A DNA stretch of 59,395 nucleotides, counting the filler, from Squatina squatina (lineage: Eukaryota): NCBI GenBank assembly GCA_031763465.1. It is 3 parts of 3 records of this genome, joined end to end, with 100 filler letters (N's around TTAATTAATTAA, not from the genome) between each part and the next. Parts side by side here need not be neighbours in the genome. Positions count along the whole stretch, not along the records: positions 1 to 27,901 come from JARFOE010000008.1; 2 more parts are not named here. One strand, given 5' to 3'. The notes beneath the pieces are model-generated. The model ran no database searches. It was given only the letters and a program-made list of their open reading frames with translations, and was not told where the DNA came from. Below are positions 10,596-20,815 of this stretch, piece after piece (position 1 is the stretch's first letter; each line of letters begins with the position of its first letter). A program made the position numbers and the translations under genes.

Positions 10596-10695
10596 NNNNN
10601 NNNNNNNNNNNNNNNNNNNNNNNNNNNNNNNNNNNNNNNNNNNNNNNNNNNNNNNNNNNNNNNNNNNNNNNNNNNNNNNNNNNNNNNNNNNNNNN

Positions 10696-10898
10696 AGCTG
10701 CACAGTAGCCGAGAAGTCCTTCGCCATCGGGTCGATTGCTGAGACAGTTCAGGCAATGGGACCAGCAACGGTGCAGTTTGTGCCCCGGCTGCTGCCAATG
10801 CTGCAGGCTGGAGCGCGCGATACAGACGATGAGGTGCGCAGCAACTCTGTTTTCGGCATCGGAGTACTCGCTGAGCAAGGGAAAGAAGCCATTTTCGA
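10696..10898 (+). CDS. IPO4: Importin-4 next exon (5' end in gap)
   Basis: SCTVAEKSFAIGSIAETVQAMG..LLPML..D.D.EVRSNSVFGIGVLAEQG continues IPO4 directly from the previous exon; ends at GA|GTATCCTG. Confidence 0.9.
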
Positions 10899-10940
10899 GT
10901 ATCCTGGACTCACCGCAAAAAAAAAACCCACCTATCTTTT

Positions 10941-11310
10941 CACCGGGGCTAGGAGGAACAGACCCTCCCATGTGGAGCTGAGCCCCACACATGGAGCAGA
11001 TAGACTCCATCACCGGGGCTAGTTGGAACAGACTGTCCCTCACATGGAGCAGATAGACTCCTCATCACCGGGGCTAGTTGGAACAGACTGTCCCACACAT
11101 GGAGCAGATAGACTCCTCATCACCAGGGCTAGTTGGAACAGACTGTCCCACACATGGAGCAGATAGACTCCTCATCACCGGGGCTAGTTGGAACAGACCC
11201 TCCCATGTGGAACTGAGCCCCACACATGGAGCAGATAGACTCCTCATCACCGGGGCTTGGTGGAACAGACTGTCCCACACATGGAGCAGATAGACTCCCC
11301 CTCACCGAGA
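10941..11310. repeat. 55-bp intronic minisatellite with ~70-bp variant units
   Basis: Unit CACCGGGGCTAGTTGGAACAGACTGTCCCACACATGGAGCAGATAGACTCCTCAT. Confidence 0.92.
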
Positions 11311-11924
11311 CTCAGTGGAATGGACTCTCCCGTGCGTGTGCGTGTCTCTCAGGCGAGGAACCATATGCCAGGCCATCCCCGCTGTCTGGGCCCAAACANN
11401 NNNNNNNNNNNNNNNNNNNNNNNNNNNNNNNNNNNNNNNNNNNNNNNNNNNNNNNNNNNNNNNNNNNNNNNNNNNNNNNNNNNNNNNNNNNNNNNNNNCT
11501 GTCTCTGTGCTCAAAATTGATGTTGTCATCTTCAGACTTGTAAATTGATTTGGAAATCAGTATCGTTATTACAGAAGCGTCTCCTTGTCTCTTGTACATG
11601 ACATGATCGTGATAGCTGCAGTGTACTGGAGTACAATTAATGTTAAGATATGTGTCATCTTGCTTGCTCCATTAACTGAACACCAAGGGCAATCTACACG
11701 AGGAGCTACCCCATTGTCAGTGTATCTGCGACAGCTGTGATCATAACAGTACAGGATCCTAGTTGAAGAATGTGACATGCTTTCTCACTGCAAATCTCTG
11801 CAATAGAATAGTCAGCGAAGATATTGTCAGTTATCATTGAATAACAGAATTTCACAACACAGAAGGAAGCCATTTGGTCCACTTTGCCTTACTGCACATA
11901 TATCGTAAGCATTATAATAGCAAG

Positions 11925-12385
11925 AGCAGAGAATGTTGATAGGAGATATGATAGAGGTGTTTAAAATCATGAGAGTAGATAGAGAGAAACTGTTCCTGTT
12001 GGTGGAAGGGTCAAGAACCAGAGGACACAGATATAAGGCAGAAGAACCAAAGGCAANNNNNNNNNNNNNNNNNNNNNNNNNNNNNNNNNNNNNNNNNNNN
12101 NNNNNNNNNNNNNNNNNNNNNNNNNNNNNNNNNNNNNNNNNNNNNNNNNNNNNNNNCTCCACTCTCCTGTCCTCTGATAGTTGGAACTGGTGCTGTCCAC
12201 ACTCTTTCCCTCCCCCTCCTCCTCCTCCTCTCACCATGGTGCAGGAGGCCATTCAAGTGGGGAGAGTGAAAGCGATTGTAGTTATGGTAGAAAACAGTAT
12301 AGTCAGAGAGATAGATACTGTTCTCTGCAGTCATGACCAGGAGTTCCAAATAGGTTGCCTCCCTCGAATCAGAATGTAAAACATC
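11925..12385 (+). mobile_element. CR1 LINE fragments on both sides of a gap (ORF2 end; ORF1 esterase-like piece)
   Basis: GDMIEVFKIMR.VDREKLF.LVEGSRTRGH before the gap; AIVV...SIVREIDT.LC....CLP after it. Confidence 0.7.
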
Positions 12386-15300
12386 ATAGAATGAGTGGAA
12401 AACTTCTGGAAAGGGAGGGAACAATCCCCTCATGCCTGAATGTTTCAGTATTGCTGGCGAAGCATACAGAGCCCGCCGGTGAAGAAAACTCCACTTCAGG
12501 TAAGTGTTGTTGGGGATCAGGACCTGCGTTGAGGATCAGGAAGGGGTGCTTGGGTTGGCGAACAGGGCCGCGGGTCCGGCCAGTGGTCAGACCAGCGATC
12601 GGGGCCATTGGTCCGTTGAGAGGTCAGGTCAGGGATCCGGGCCATGGGTCGGATCCACGATTGGACATCGGCAGAAGAGGTCGGCAGTTCAGGATTGGGG
12701 ATTAGGAGAGGAGGCCGATATGCCGATCAGGGGTCGAAAGCGGTGATGAAATCTGAGGTCGAGAGGAGCAGAAGTGCTTGCATTCATATAAGTTACTTAC
12801 TTTCTTTGTAGCAGGTGACCTCTAGATGGCGATGGGGCAGGCTGGTTCTGGCCAAACCAGTCTGGGAGAGGGGATCAAACTGATGTTAGGTCCCTTATTT
12901 GCATTTGTAAAAGATTCTCACATCTGTTTCAGGCATGAGTAAAGGATGCCTCTTGATTGCCTTAACCCAATATGGGAGACGGCACACTTCCAACCGGAAA
13001 TGTGCCTGTGTTTACTGCCCACTTTACTGGGGCCTTCGAAACATGAAAATGGGCGCTGCACAGACCAATTTCTAGACTGGTGTATATACATTAAAGGTTA
13101 ATCTAGATCTGCCTGTAGCATTTTTCTCTTCACTGCATTCGTCATATGAAGATAGACTGCTAGTCAAACAAGAAACTTGGCTTGCTCAGTTTATGGATCT
13201 TTAAAATAATACCAGAAATTTATTTAATAGCTTCTAATAACTTTTTATATCACCAAAACTATCTATTTGACATTTCATCAAACAGCAATGGAGCTACATT
13301 GTGTCTGGTCCCACTAGGATTAGCTAATCTCTCATTCTTTATCGCATGACTGAATCAGTTGTGTAAGAGGTTGTTAAGTAACTAGATTACTGAATAAATA
13401 TGAAACATTTAACACCTTTTATGTTGGCAGCAATCATATCCAACAACTTTGCAATTATTGTATCTGTATTAATCTCTCTGACTCACTTCCATATTTCCAT
13501 AGAGTGCCATGCCAAATATAACATCCACTGGCTAGTCACTAATAACATTTCTGATAGTGTCCCTTTTGCTGAACAGTGGAAATAATCTGTCACTTGTTTA
13601 CTGAAAAAAGCTGTGACTTCTCAGTACTCATTCCCCTTAGCATCCTAATGAATCTAAGCTGCACCTTTTCCATTGCTTTTATAAAATTGCTATCAAAAGT
13701 ATACACAACAGGGCTGATACTCTGACAGAGGCAAGGATAAGTGCATGAAGGGAACACTGGTCAGGAAATCATTACTGAAGACCAGGTCAAGAGAAAAAAA
13801 GTTCTGTACAAATTATAAAAAGCTTCCCCTTTTCACCACAAACACTTTCCTTATCCTAGTCTGTTTTTGTATAATTAAAATCTATAATTTGGGGAAGGAG
13901 TTAAGAATAAATATATAATAAAGGGAAAAGATGTCCAAGTTAGCAAGCTCAAGGGAGAAGGATTATCAAGAACTGTACCTCATGGGGAAGAGAGGGTAAA
14001 GAGAAAGAGAGCAAAGGAAAAGAATTAAACAAGGAAAGTTAAGGAAGAGGGAAGAAAGAAAAAGGTTGTAAGAGACGAGAGAAGGAAAAGGAAAAAACAA
14101 ATCCAAAATTCAGACAAGATGCACAAAAAACGTCTCAAGCATCCGGTCACAAGGAATGTCGGTCTCCGGTTTTCAAAGCCTTTCTGGGAAAGGGGGATGT
14201 CATTGGAGCGGCACAGGCTGAGGTGCTTTCAAAGCAGTTGGTTAAACTGGAGTCAGTGTTTGTGCCCAGTGACATGTGACGTTCCCCACCGCACACTGCG
14301 TGTTAGAATCGAGTCCAGACAGATAGACGAGGTGTAATGAAAGTTTACTGTGTGTTGTACCCCGGCAGGGTAAGTGATGGCGATTGAAGCTCCCTTTACA
14401 GTGAGCGGACCAGAAAGCTGCACCTCCAACAGATCATCTCGTTTCCCACACCTCTTACTTTAATTTGGGATCCTGCCTCTATTAAAAGGAGCAGCCAGAA
14501 CCACCCGAGTGTTAAACCTTGTTACACTAACACTGCAATAAGAGGTCTTACTCCCACCCATTGGACTCGCACTCAGTAATATTAAGCGATCAACGTGTTA
14601 ATACATTTGTATGAAATTCCCTCGTCCGATGTTTTAATCCAATAATTGTGAGCCTCGTTGAAACTGAACAGGAAAATCTGATCCCAATAAATTGACAATT
14701 AACAGATCCATTCCTGTTATTGGCAAGGAACGATTTCAACTGCTCACAAACCCATCCCGTTCTCAACCCGGGAATGTGGGTTCCGTTCGAGCTGAGGTTT
14801 CAGAGGCGAGAGATGAACTGAACACTCTGTTGAGAGCTCGTACACCACAGATAGTTAAACGGCTCTGGTCAGGTCAATAAAATCCAGTGTCAACAAGACA
14901 CAACCTGATTGCACATCCAGCCAGTTTCCTGTCTGAGCGGACAGCTCGCTGGTTCATGCTGGCTTGTTGGGCTGAGACATGTTTAATGAACACAAGTCCC
15001 TGTTTCTCATTCTGTACAAACTATTTGCTCTCCATCAGCACTGAAATATCAAGTGAAACACGGAACTTATTCTGTTCAACATCTGGAGGCTGTCCCATCA
15101 ACGATTGTAACTAACTTTAAACTTGGTGTCTGACACCAAATGTTAAGTCACAACACAATTGGATAATGTGTTTTAATTCCGATTATTAAAATACCCGAAA
15201 CCGCCCACAATGTCCCAAAGTTCAAATGACCAAACATGCACCAACACAGCAAGTGTCCCGAAAACTAGCATCTGGATCCAGCAGAACATATTAAACACAT

Positions 15301-15587
15301 CCTGGAAACCAACTAACCGCCTCATTTATTAGATTCCGTGAATCAATTCTGTGGAGTTAAATCTGAACCTTCCGAGTCCATCCCGTTAATCAGATTTCAG
15401 CTTCAATTACTGGCTATATTCTGACTCTGAAGAAACCCGTCTGTCTCGGATAGAATCGTGTAATTCATCTAAATACCTCACCGATTTCAGGTGAATCACA
15501 CATCGCACTTGTATTATTTAATTCGCCAATAAACGCAAATTAAGAAAATCAATATCAGACAGAAAAAGAATTGAGAGTTTGTCTTAC

Positions 15588-15635
15588 CTGAAGTCACTGT
15601 CAGCGAGGTTCCTGTCCCCCAGTAGTCAAGATAGT
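15588..15635 (-). CDS. IgH JH segment (YLDYWGTGTSLTVTS)
   Basis: WGxG motif, 48 bp, ending at phase-1 donor G|GTAAGA. Confidence 0.95.
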
Positions 15636-15674
15636 CACTGTGCTCCGTCTCCTCATTCCCCCAATACAGTAACT
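15636..15674 (+). other. JH 23-RSS
   Basis: CACTGTG 15636-15642, 23-bp spacer, ACAGTAACT 15666-15674. Confidence 0.9.
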
Positions 15675-16011
15675 TAACTTGTCCACAATCTCCAATAATC
15701 TCAGGGCGGTGTGAAAATAAACGTTGTTTTCGCCTGGAGCAGCAACTGCCTGTATTTTGATCGCAAATTCCATCCTGAACCTGTTCCAAGGGTGTTAATA
15801 AATGTGGTATTTGTGCACTTTTCCTGTCTGCGGATACCAGCTCCTGCACATTCCCCAGAAACAGAATCGCCTCTTTTTCGCCTTTTCTTTTCCCAGAAAC
15901 CGACATTTTCCTCCAACAATCCGAGTCAGTGTTCAGATGTTTGACTCTGGGAAGCAGGAATGCGGAATCCGTGGACACAGGCTCTGAAGCACAGGGTTAT
16001 TTGTAGCGGGG

Positions 16012-16084
16012 AGTTTCTGTCAAGCTCTGTACTGCTGTGGGCCATCGTATAGTATACACAGTGCTTCACCCTCGGTCAAAAACC
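16012..16084 (-). other. IgH D2 segment (16040-16056, TATACTATACGATGGCC) with 12/12 RSSs
   Basis: 5' RSS (read on +) CACAGTG 16057-16063, 12 bp, TCAAAAACC 16076-16084; 3' RSS (read on -) CACAGCA 16039-16033, 12 bp, ACAGAAACT 16020-16012. Confidence 0.92.
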
Positions 16085-16409
16085 GCCGTCAGAAGATCCA
16101 GCCCGAAACTAAATGTACCAAACAACCGGCCAGTGACTTTATGAACTCCTCAGTCTGTGTCCGTGTCCCCCACACAGCGGGTGTGAAACTCGGGTTTTCA
16201 GGACTTCAAAGGACGATGAGATAATCCACAAGGAGCTTTCACTGTTCTTGGGTCCACAGCTGTTACTCGGTATATCAAGTTATATCTTCAAAGAAAATGG
16301 CTCACACCCCCGGATTATTGAATCGGAATCGGATTTATATCCGTGGGCCATGAAGCAAAGGCTGGTGATATCGCCCGAAGAGTCCAATTTAAATAGCTTT
16401 CGCGTGGCA

Positions 16410-16493
16410 GGTTATTGAATGGAGGGAGCCCCATCTCTCACACTGTGCCACCCACTGTATATAGACACTGTGATACACAGCCGTACAATAACC
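16410..16493 (-). other. IgH D1 segment (16448-16465, TCTATATACAGTGGGTGG) with 12/22 RSSs
   Basis: 5' RSS (read on +) CACTGTG 16466-16472, 12 bp, ACAATAACC 16485-16493; 3' RSS (read on -) CACAGTG 16447-16441, 22 bp, TCAATAACC 16418-16410. Matches the known shark V23-12D22-12D12-J arrangement. Confidence 0.93.
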
Positions 16494-16582
16494 TCCGCCC
16501 CTTTCACTGTCACTGACCCCAGGCACTTCACATTTAAACTGCACTGGCACTGCTACAAGTGAGCAATCCTGCTCCCGGATTC

Positions 16583-16953
16583 ACGGTGGCGATGGTCGTT
16601 GAGTGGCTCTGTTACTGGACCAGTGATCTGAAGGTCTGGATTCAATAATCTCGGAGTTCCCGAGAGATCAAATCCCTCTGTGGGGATTTGGCAAGTTAGA
16701 AATCTGGGGGAGGGGAGGGGAGGGAATCTGGAATCAGGACAAGTGAGCAAGAAGCTGCTGGATTGTCATAAAAACCCAACTGGTTCACTCATGTCCTTTC
16801 TGGAAAGAAACCCAGTCTGGCCCATAGGTGACTCCAGTCCCACCCCGCCAATGTGGTCCAGTGAGCCACAGTTCCCAGCACCTTCTCAGGGCAACTCGGG
16901 ATGGGGAGAAAATGCCAGCCTTGCCAGCGTCGCCCACAACCCGAGAATGAATA
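16583..16953 (+). mobile_element. Degenerate tRNA-derived SINE inserted between VH and D1
   Basis: Core GATTGTCATAAAAACCCAACTGGTTCACT; tail GGGCAACT..GGGATGGG..AAATGCCAGCCTTGCCAGCG.CGCCCACA is shared with LINE 3' ends at 40777-40815, 41340-41410 and 55070-55140. Confidence 0.7.
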
Positions 16954-17138
16954 CAGTTCGAGTTTTAGACCTGTCCCCAGGCCCACCGGGAATCCCCAGC
17001 GAATGACAACGTCTCCCATTCCCAGGGGCGGCAGATCCCCCAAAACAGCGAGGCTGGGATTGCAGCTGTGGTGATCACTGAGGGCGACCATCACTCCTCT
17101 CCTTTCACTGAGTGCCCAGACTGCAGACGGTGTCGCTG

Positions 17139-17177
17139 GGTATGTGTACCAGTCCAGCCCTGGTTCCTCTCACTGTG
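17139..17177 (-). other. VH 23-RSS
   Basis: CACAGTG 17177-17171, 23-bp spacer, ACACATACC 17147-17139. Confidence 0.92.
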
Positions 17178-17478
17178 TCTCTCGCACAGTAATAGATGGC
17201 GGTGTCGTCGGCTCTCAGATTCGTCATTTGTAGATAGAAGGTGGTGCTGTCCTTGGAAGGAGTAAATCGGCCTTCAACTCCAGGCGCGTAATAAGTGCTG
17301 TATGATGGATTAGCATACGCAACTAACCACTCCAGCCCTTTCCCGGGGACCTGTTTGATCCAGTGCATCCAGTAGCTACTGAGGCTGAACCCACTCACCG
17401 CACAGGACAGTTTGTGAGACTCTCCGGGCTTTTTCACAGCTGACTCGGGCTGGCTCAGCACGATTGCGGATCGGACGC
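17178..17478 (-). CDS. Immunoglobulin heavy-chain V exon, IgW-type, intact
   Basis: TTAACAG| (G)VRSAIVLSQPESAVKKPGESHKLSCAVSGFSLSSYWMHWIKQVPGKGLEWLV...LRADDTAIYYCAR. Both Cys, the Trp, GLEW and YYCAR are present; QPESAVKKPGESH FR1 resembles elasmobranch IgW rather than IgM. Confidence 0.93.
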
Positions 17479-17598
17479 CTGTTAATAAAAGAGAAAAGTA
17501 AAGAGCGCACTTTAGTAAACGCGTTGAATAACCAGAGGGTCAAAGAGCCCCGAACAAGCAGCCGCACTGGGTGCGAATCAAGCGGCGGCACCACTCAC

Positions 17599-17644
17599 CT
17601 GTCAGACAGGCCAGAAGGACACAGAGATAAGGAGCAATCCCCAT
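17599..17644 (-). CDS. VH leader exon (MGIAPYLCVLLACLTG)
   Basis: ATG 17644-17642, canonical 46-bp leader exon, G|GTGAGT donor, 120-bp intron to the V exon. Confidence 0.93.
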
Positions 17645-17727
17645 CGCCCTGTGTATACAGCCAGACTCAGACACTCCAGAAATGGGCTGCTTCAGGGCGC
17701 CTTGGTGTGGAGATGAAGTCAGTGCTG

Positions 17728-17883
17728 TTTAAATAGGGAAGTGGAGGGAGGGAGTGAGTGAGGGGCCCGCGGCTTGAACAGCGGCCGCACCCACTGAAAC
17801 CACAGACACAGCTTCCTGTCCCCGCCCCCAGCCACCACTTCAATCCCCTTCTAGTTATTTATTTATACAACAAGCGGCAGGTG
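17728..17883 (-). promoter_or_regulatory. Putative VH promoter: TATA-like, ETS, RUNX, GC box, E-box; no octamer
   Basis: TATTTAAA (17735-17728, minus strand); on + strand GGGAAGTG 17736-17743, AAACCACA 17797-17804, CTTCCTGT 17812-17819, CCCCGCCCC 17820-17828, CAGGTG 17878-17883. Confidence 0.6.
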
Positions 17884-17974
17884 GGCAGCAAGACTAAAAT
17901 CCGGATTAACGATCCAGTCACACTGTGTACTGTTTATTTATTGGATTATTGAACTGTTTGTGTACAACAGATAA

Positions 17975-18138
17975 ACTGAGAAACACCAGTCAGTGTACAG
18001 ATATCACCCTGAGGGAGAGGGACTGAGAGACACCAGTCAGTGTACAGATATCACACTGAGGGAGAGGGACTGAGAGACACCAGTCAGTGTACAGATATCT
18101 CCCTGAGGGAGAGGGACTGAGAGACACCAGTCAGTGTA
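17975..18138. repeat. 47-bp minisatellite immediately upstream of the VH promoter
   Basis: Unit TCAGTGTACAGATATCACCCTGAGGGAGAGGGACTGAGAGACACCAG at 17990, 18037, 18084. Confidence 0.92.
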
Positions 18139-18238
18139 NNNNNNNNNNNNNNNNNNNNNNNNNNNNNNNNNNNNNNNNNNNNNNNNNNNNNNNNNNNNNN
18201 NNNNNNNNNNNNNNNNNNNNNNNNNNNNNNNNNNNNNN

Positions 18239-18915
18239 CCTGCATTGAGAATGTTTGATCGGATAGTGTAGAGGGTGTTTTGAGCTGCATTTAACCCGTG
18301 GTGTTCCCACCATGGGAATGTTTAATTGGACAGTGTAGGGGGTGCTTAAGTAGGTATTTAAACCGTGCGGCACCTGCTCTGGGAGTGTTTGATGGGACAG
18401 TGTATAGGGAGCTTTAGTCTGTGTCTAACCCATGCTGTATGTGCCCTGGGAGAATTTGGAGGCATAGTGTAGAGGATCTTTACTCTGCATCTAACCAATG
18501 CCGTAGCTGCACAGGGAGAGTTTAGAACCGTGTGGAGAGATCTTTATTCTGTATGTAACTCAAGCGGTACCTGCTCTGCGAGAGTGTAGCAGGAGCTTTA
18601 TTTTATCCAAGAATGCAGTCCCTGCCCTGGGAATTATTGACAGGATAGAGTGGATGGAGCTTTACTCTGTATCTAACCCATGCTGTCCCATTCCTGGGGG
18701 TGTTTGATGGGACAGTGTAGAGGGATCTTTATTCGGCATGTAACTCATGCTGTCCATGTCCTGGACATGTTTGATGGGACAGTGTAGAGTGATCTTTACT
18801 CTACCTAACCCGTGCTGTACCTGCCCTGGGAGTGTTTGACGGGGCAGTGTAGAGGGAGCTTTACTCTGTATCTAACCTGTGCTGTACCTGCCCTGGAAGT
18901 GTTTGACGGGGCAGT
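18239..18915. repeat. ~65-67 bp degenerate satellite
   Basis: Unit ~GGGAGTGTTTGATGGGACAGTGTAGAGGGAGCTTTACTCTGTATCTAACCCGTGCTGTACCTGCCCT, ~10 copies. Confidence 0.9.
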
Positions 18916-19499
18916 GCACAAGAAATGGAGGGAATGTGGGGTATTTGCTGAATGTGTAAGAGAAACTATCAGGTTTATGTGTTCGAACTAATCCTGAATA
19001 AAAGCTTCATAAACCTCTCAATGAGCAGCCCTCGGTTTACGAGAATAACAGTGACTGTTTGCTGCTAACACTTGACAGATGTCTGAAACTCAGTGATAAC
19101 ATCAAGATTAGTTCCTTCTCCTTACACTTCCTCTGAGATTTCACAGTCAGGTTTAATCTGAGCAAGGGGACCTCCCAGAGCGAACTTGTTACTAAAAAAA
19201 ATAAGCACGATGCTTCAGATATGGAAATACAGTTCTGATTTTGTCCTTTACACCAACAAACAGGTTTATATTTACCAAAAGTGGCAAGGCTGGCAGACCC
19301 GAAACAACTGGGCAACAGGTCTCCAACATCGAGACTCCGTCCTCGAATCACAACAGTCTCCAGCCTGCAAATGAAGTTCAAACTCTCCCGATGGAAATCT
19401 CTGAACAAGGTGTGGATCAGAATTTGTGGTAAAAGGCAGAGAATTTCTTCCTCTCAGGTAGAAGCTGTTGGTCAATTTACCAAAAGGACAGACTGGGGA

Positions 19500-20715
19500 A
19501 ACTGTGCATATAAACAGTTACAGTGTGGGACTGTACACAGAGGGAGGGAACTCTACATAAACACAGTTACAGTGTGGGACTGTGCACAGAGTGAGGGAAC
19601 TCTTCATAAACACAGTTACAGTGTGGGACTGTAGACAGAGTGAGGGGACTCTGCATTAACACAGTTACAGTGTGGGACTGTACACAGAGTGAGGGAACTC
19701 TACATAAACACAGTTACAGTGTGGGACTGTACACNNNNNNNNNNNNNNNNNNNNNNNNNNNNNNNNNNNNNNNNNNNNNNNNNNNNNNNNNNNNNNNNNN
19801 NNNNNNNNNNNNNNNNNNNNNNNNNNNNNNNNNNACACAGTGGGACTGTACATGGAGTGAGGAAACTCTACAGAAAAAGAGTTACAGTGTGAGACTGTAC
19901 ACAGTGTGAGGGAACACGACAGAGAGACTGTGACAGTGTGGGACAGTACACAGAGTGAGGGCACTCTACTTAAACACAGTTACAGTGTGGGACTGTACAC
20001 AGCATGAGGGAAATCAACATAAACACAGTTACAGTGTGGGACTGTGCACAGAGGGAGTGAACGCTGCATAAAAAACAGTTACAGTGTGGGACTGTACAGA
20101 GAGTGAGGGAAATTGACATAAACACAGTCACGTGTGGGACTGTACACACAGTAAGGGATCCCTACATAAACAAAGATACAGTGAGAGACAGCACACAGAG
20201 TGAGGGAAGTCTACTTAAAAACAGTTACAGTGTGGGACTGTACACAGTAAGGGAACTACATAAACACAGTAAAAGTGAGAGACGGTACACACAGTGAGGG
20301 AACTCTACATAAACACAGTTACAGTGTGAGACTGTACACAGAGTGAGAGAACTCTACGGAAACACAGTTACAGTTTGGGACTGTACACAGAGTGAGGGAA
20401 CTCTACAAGAACACAGTTACAGTGTGGGACTATACACAGAGTAATGGAAATCTAGATAAACACAGTTACATTGTGGGACTGTACACAGAGTGAGGGAACT
20501 CTACATAAACACAGTGATATTGGGGGACTGTCCACAGAGTAAGGGAACTCTACATAAACACAGTTACAGTGTGACACGGTACGCAGAGTGAGGGAACTCT
20601 AATTAAACAGTGTAGAAGTGGGACTGTACACAGATGAGGGAACTCTGCATAAACACAGTTACAGTGTGAGATGGTACACAAAGTGAGGGAACTCCAGGTA
20701 AACACAGTTACAGTG
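19500..20715 (+). repeat. 49-bp satellite; unit contains CACAGAG-12bp-ACATAAACA
   Basis: Unit CACAGAGTGAGGGAACTCTACATAAACACAGTTACAGTGTGGGACTGTA, ~22 visible copies, one internal gap; e.g. 19536-19563 and 19683-19710. Confidence 0.95.
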
Positions 20716-20815
20716 NNNNNNNNNNNNNNNNNNNNNNNNNNNNNNNNNNNNNNNNNNNNNNNNNNNNNNNNNNNNNNNNNNNNNNNNNNNNNNNNNNNNN
20801 NNNNNNNNNNNNNNN

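Noticed and set aside
12897-12904. Octamer ATTTGCAT in the J-C intron as an intronic enhancer
   Set aside because: It lies in a dispersed repeat whose other copies also carry the motif (near 55297 and 57129); no enhancer-like motif cluster seen.
16085-16409. Possible third D segment (CACTGTT..CACAGCT near 16240-16261)
   Set aside because: No nonamer at 12 or 22-23 bp on either side.
15588-17478. Germline-joined, IgNAR or TCR V interpretation
   Set aside because: All segments retain RSSs. V has a full FR2/CDR2 with GLEW, and J has WGxG rather than FGxG.
19264-19432. Possible coding exon between satellites (FIFTKSGKAGRPETTGQQ...)
   Set aside because: An acceptor-like AACAG is present, but no frame resembles a protein I recognise.
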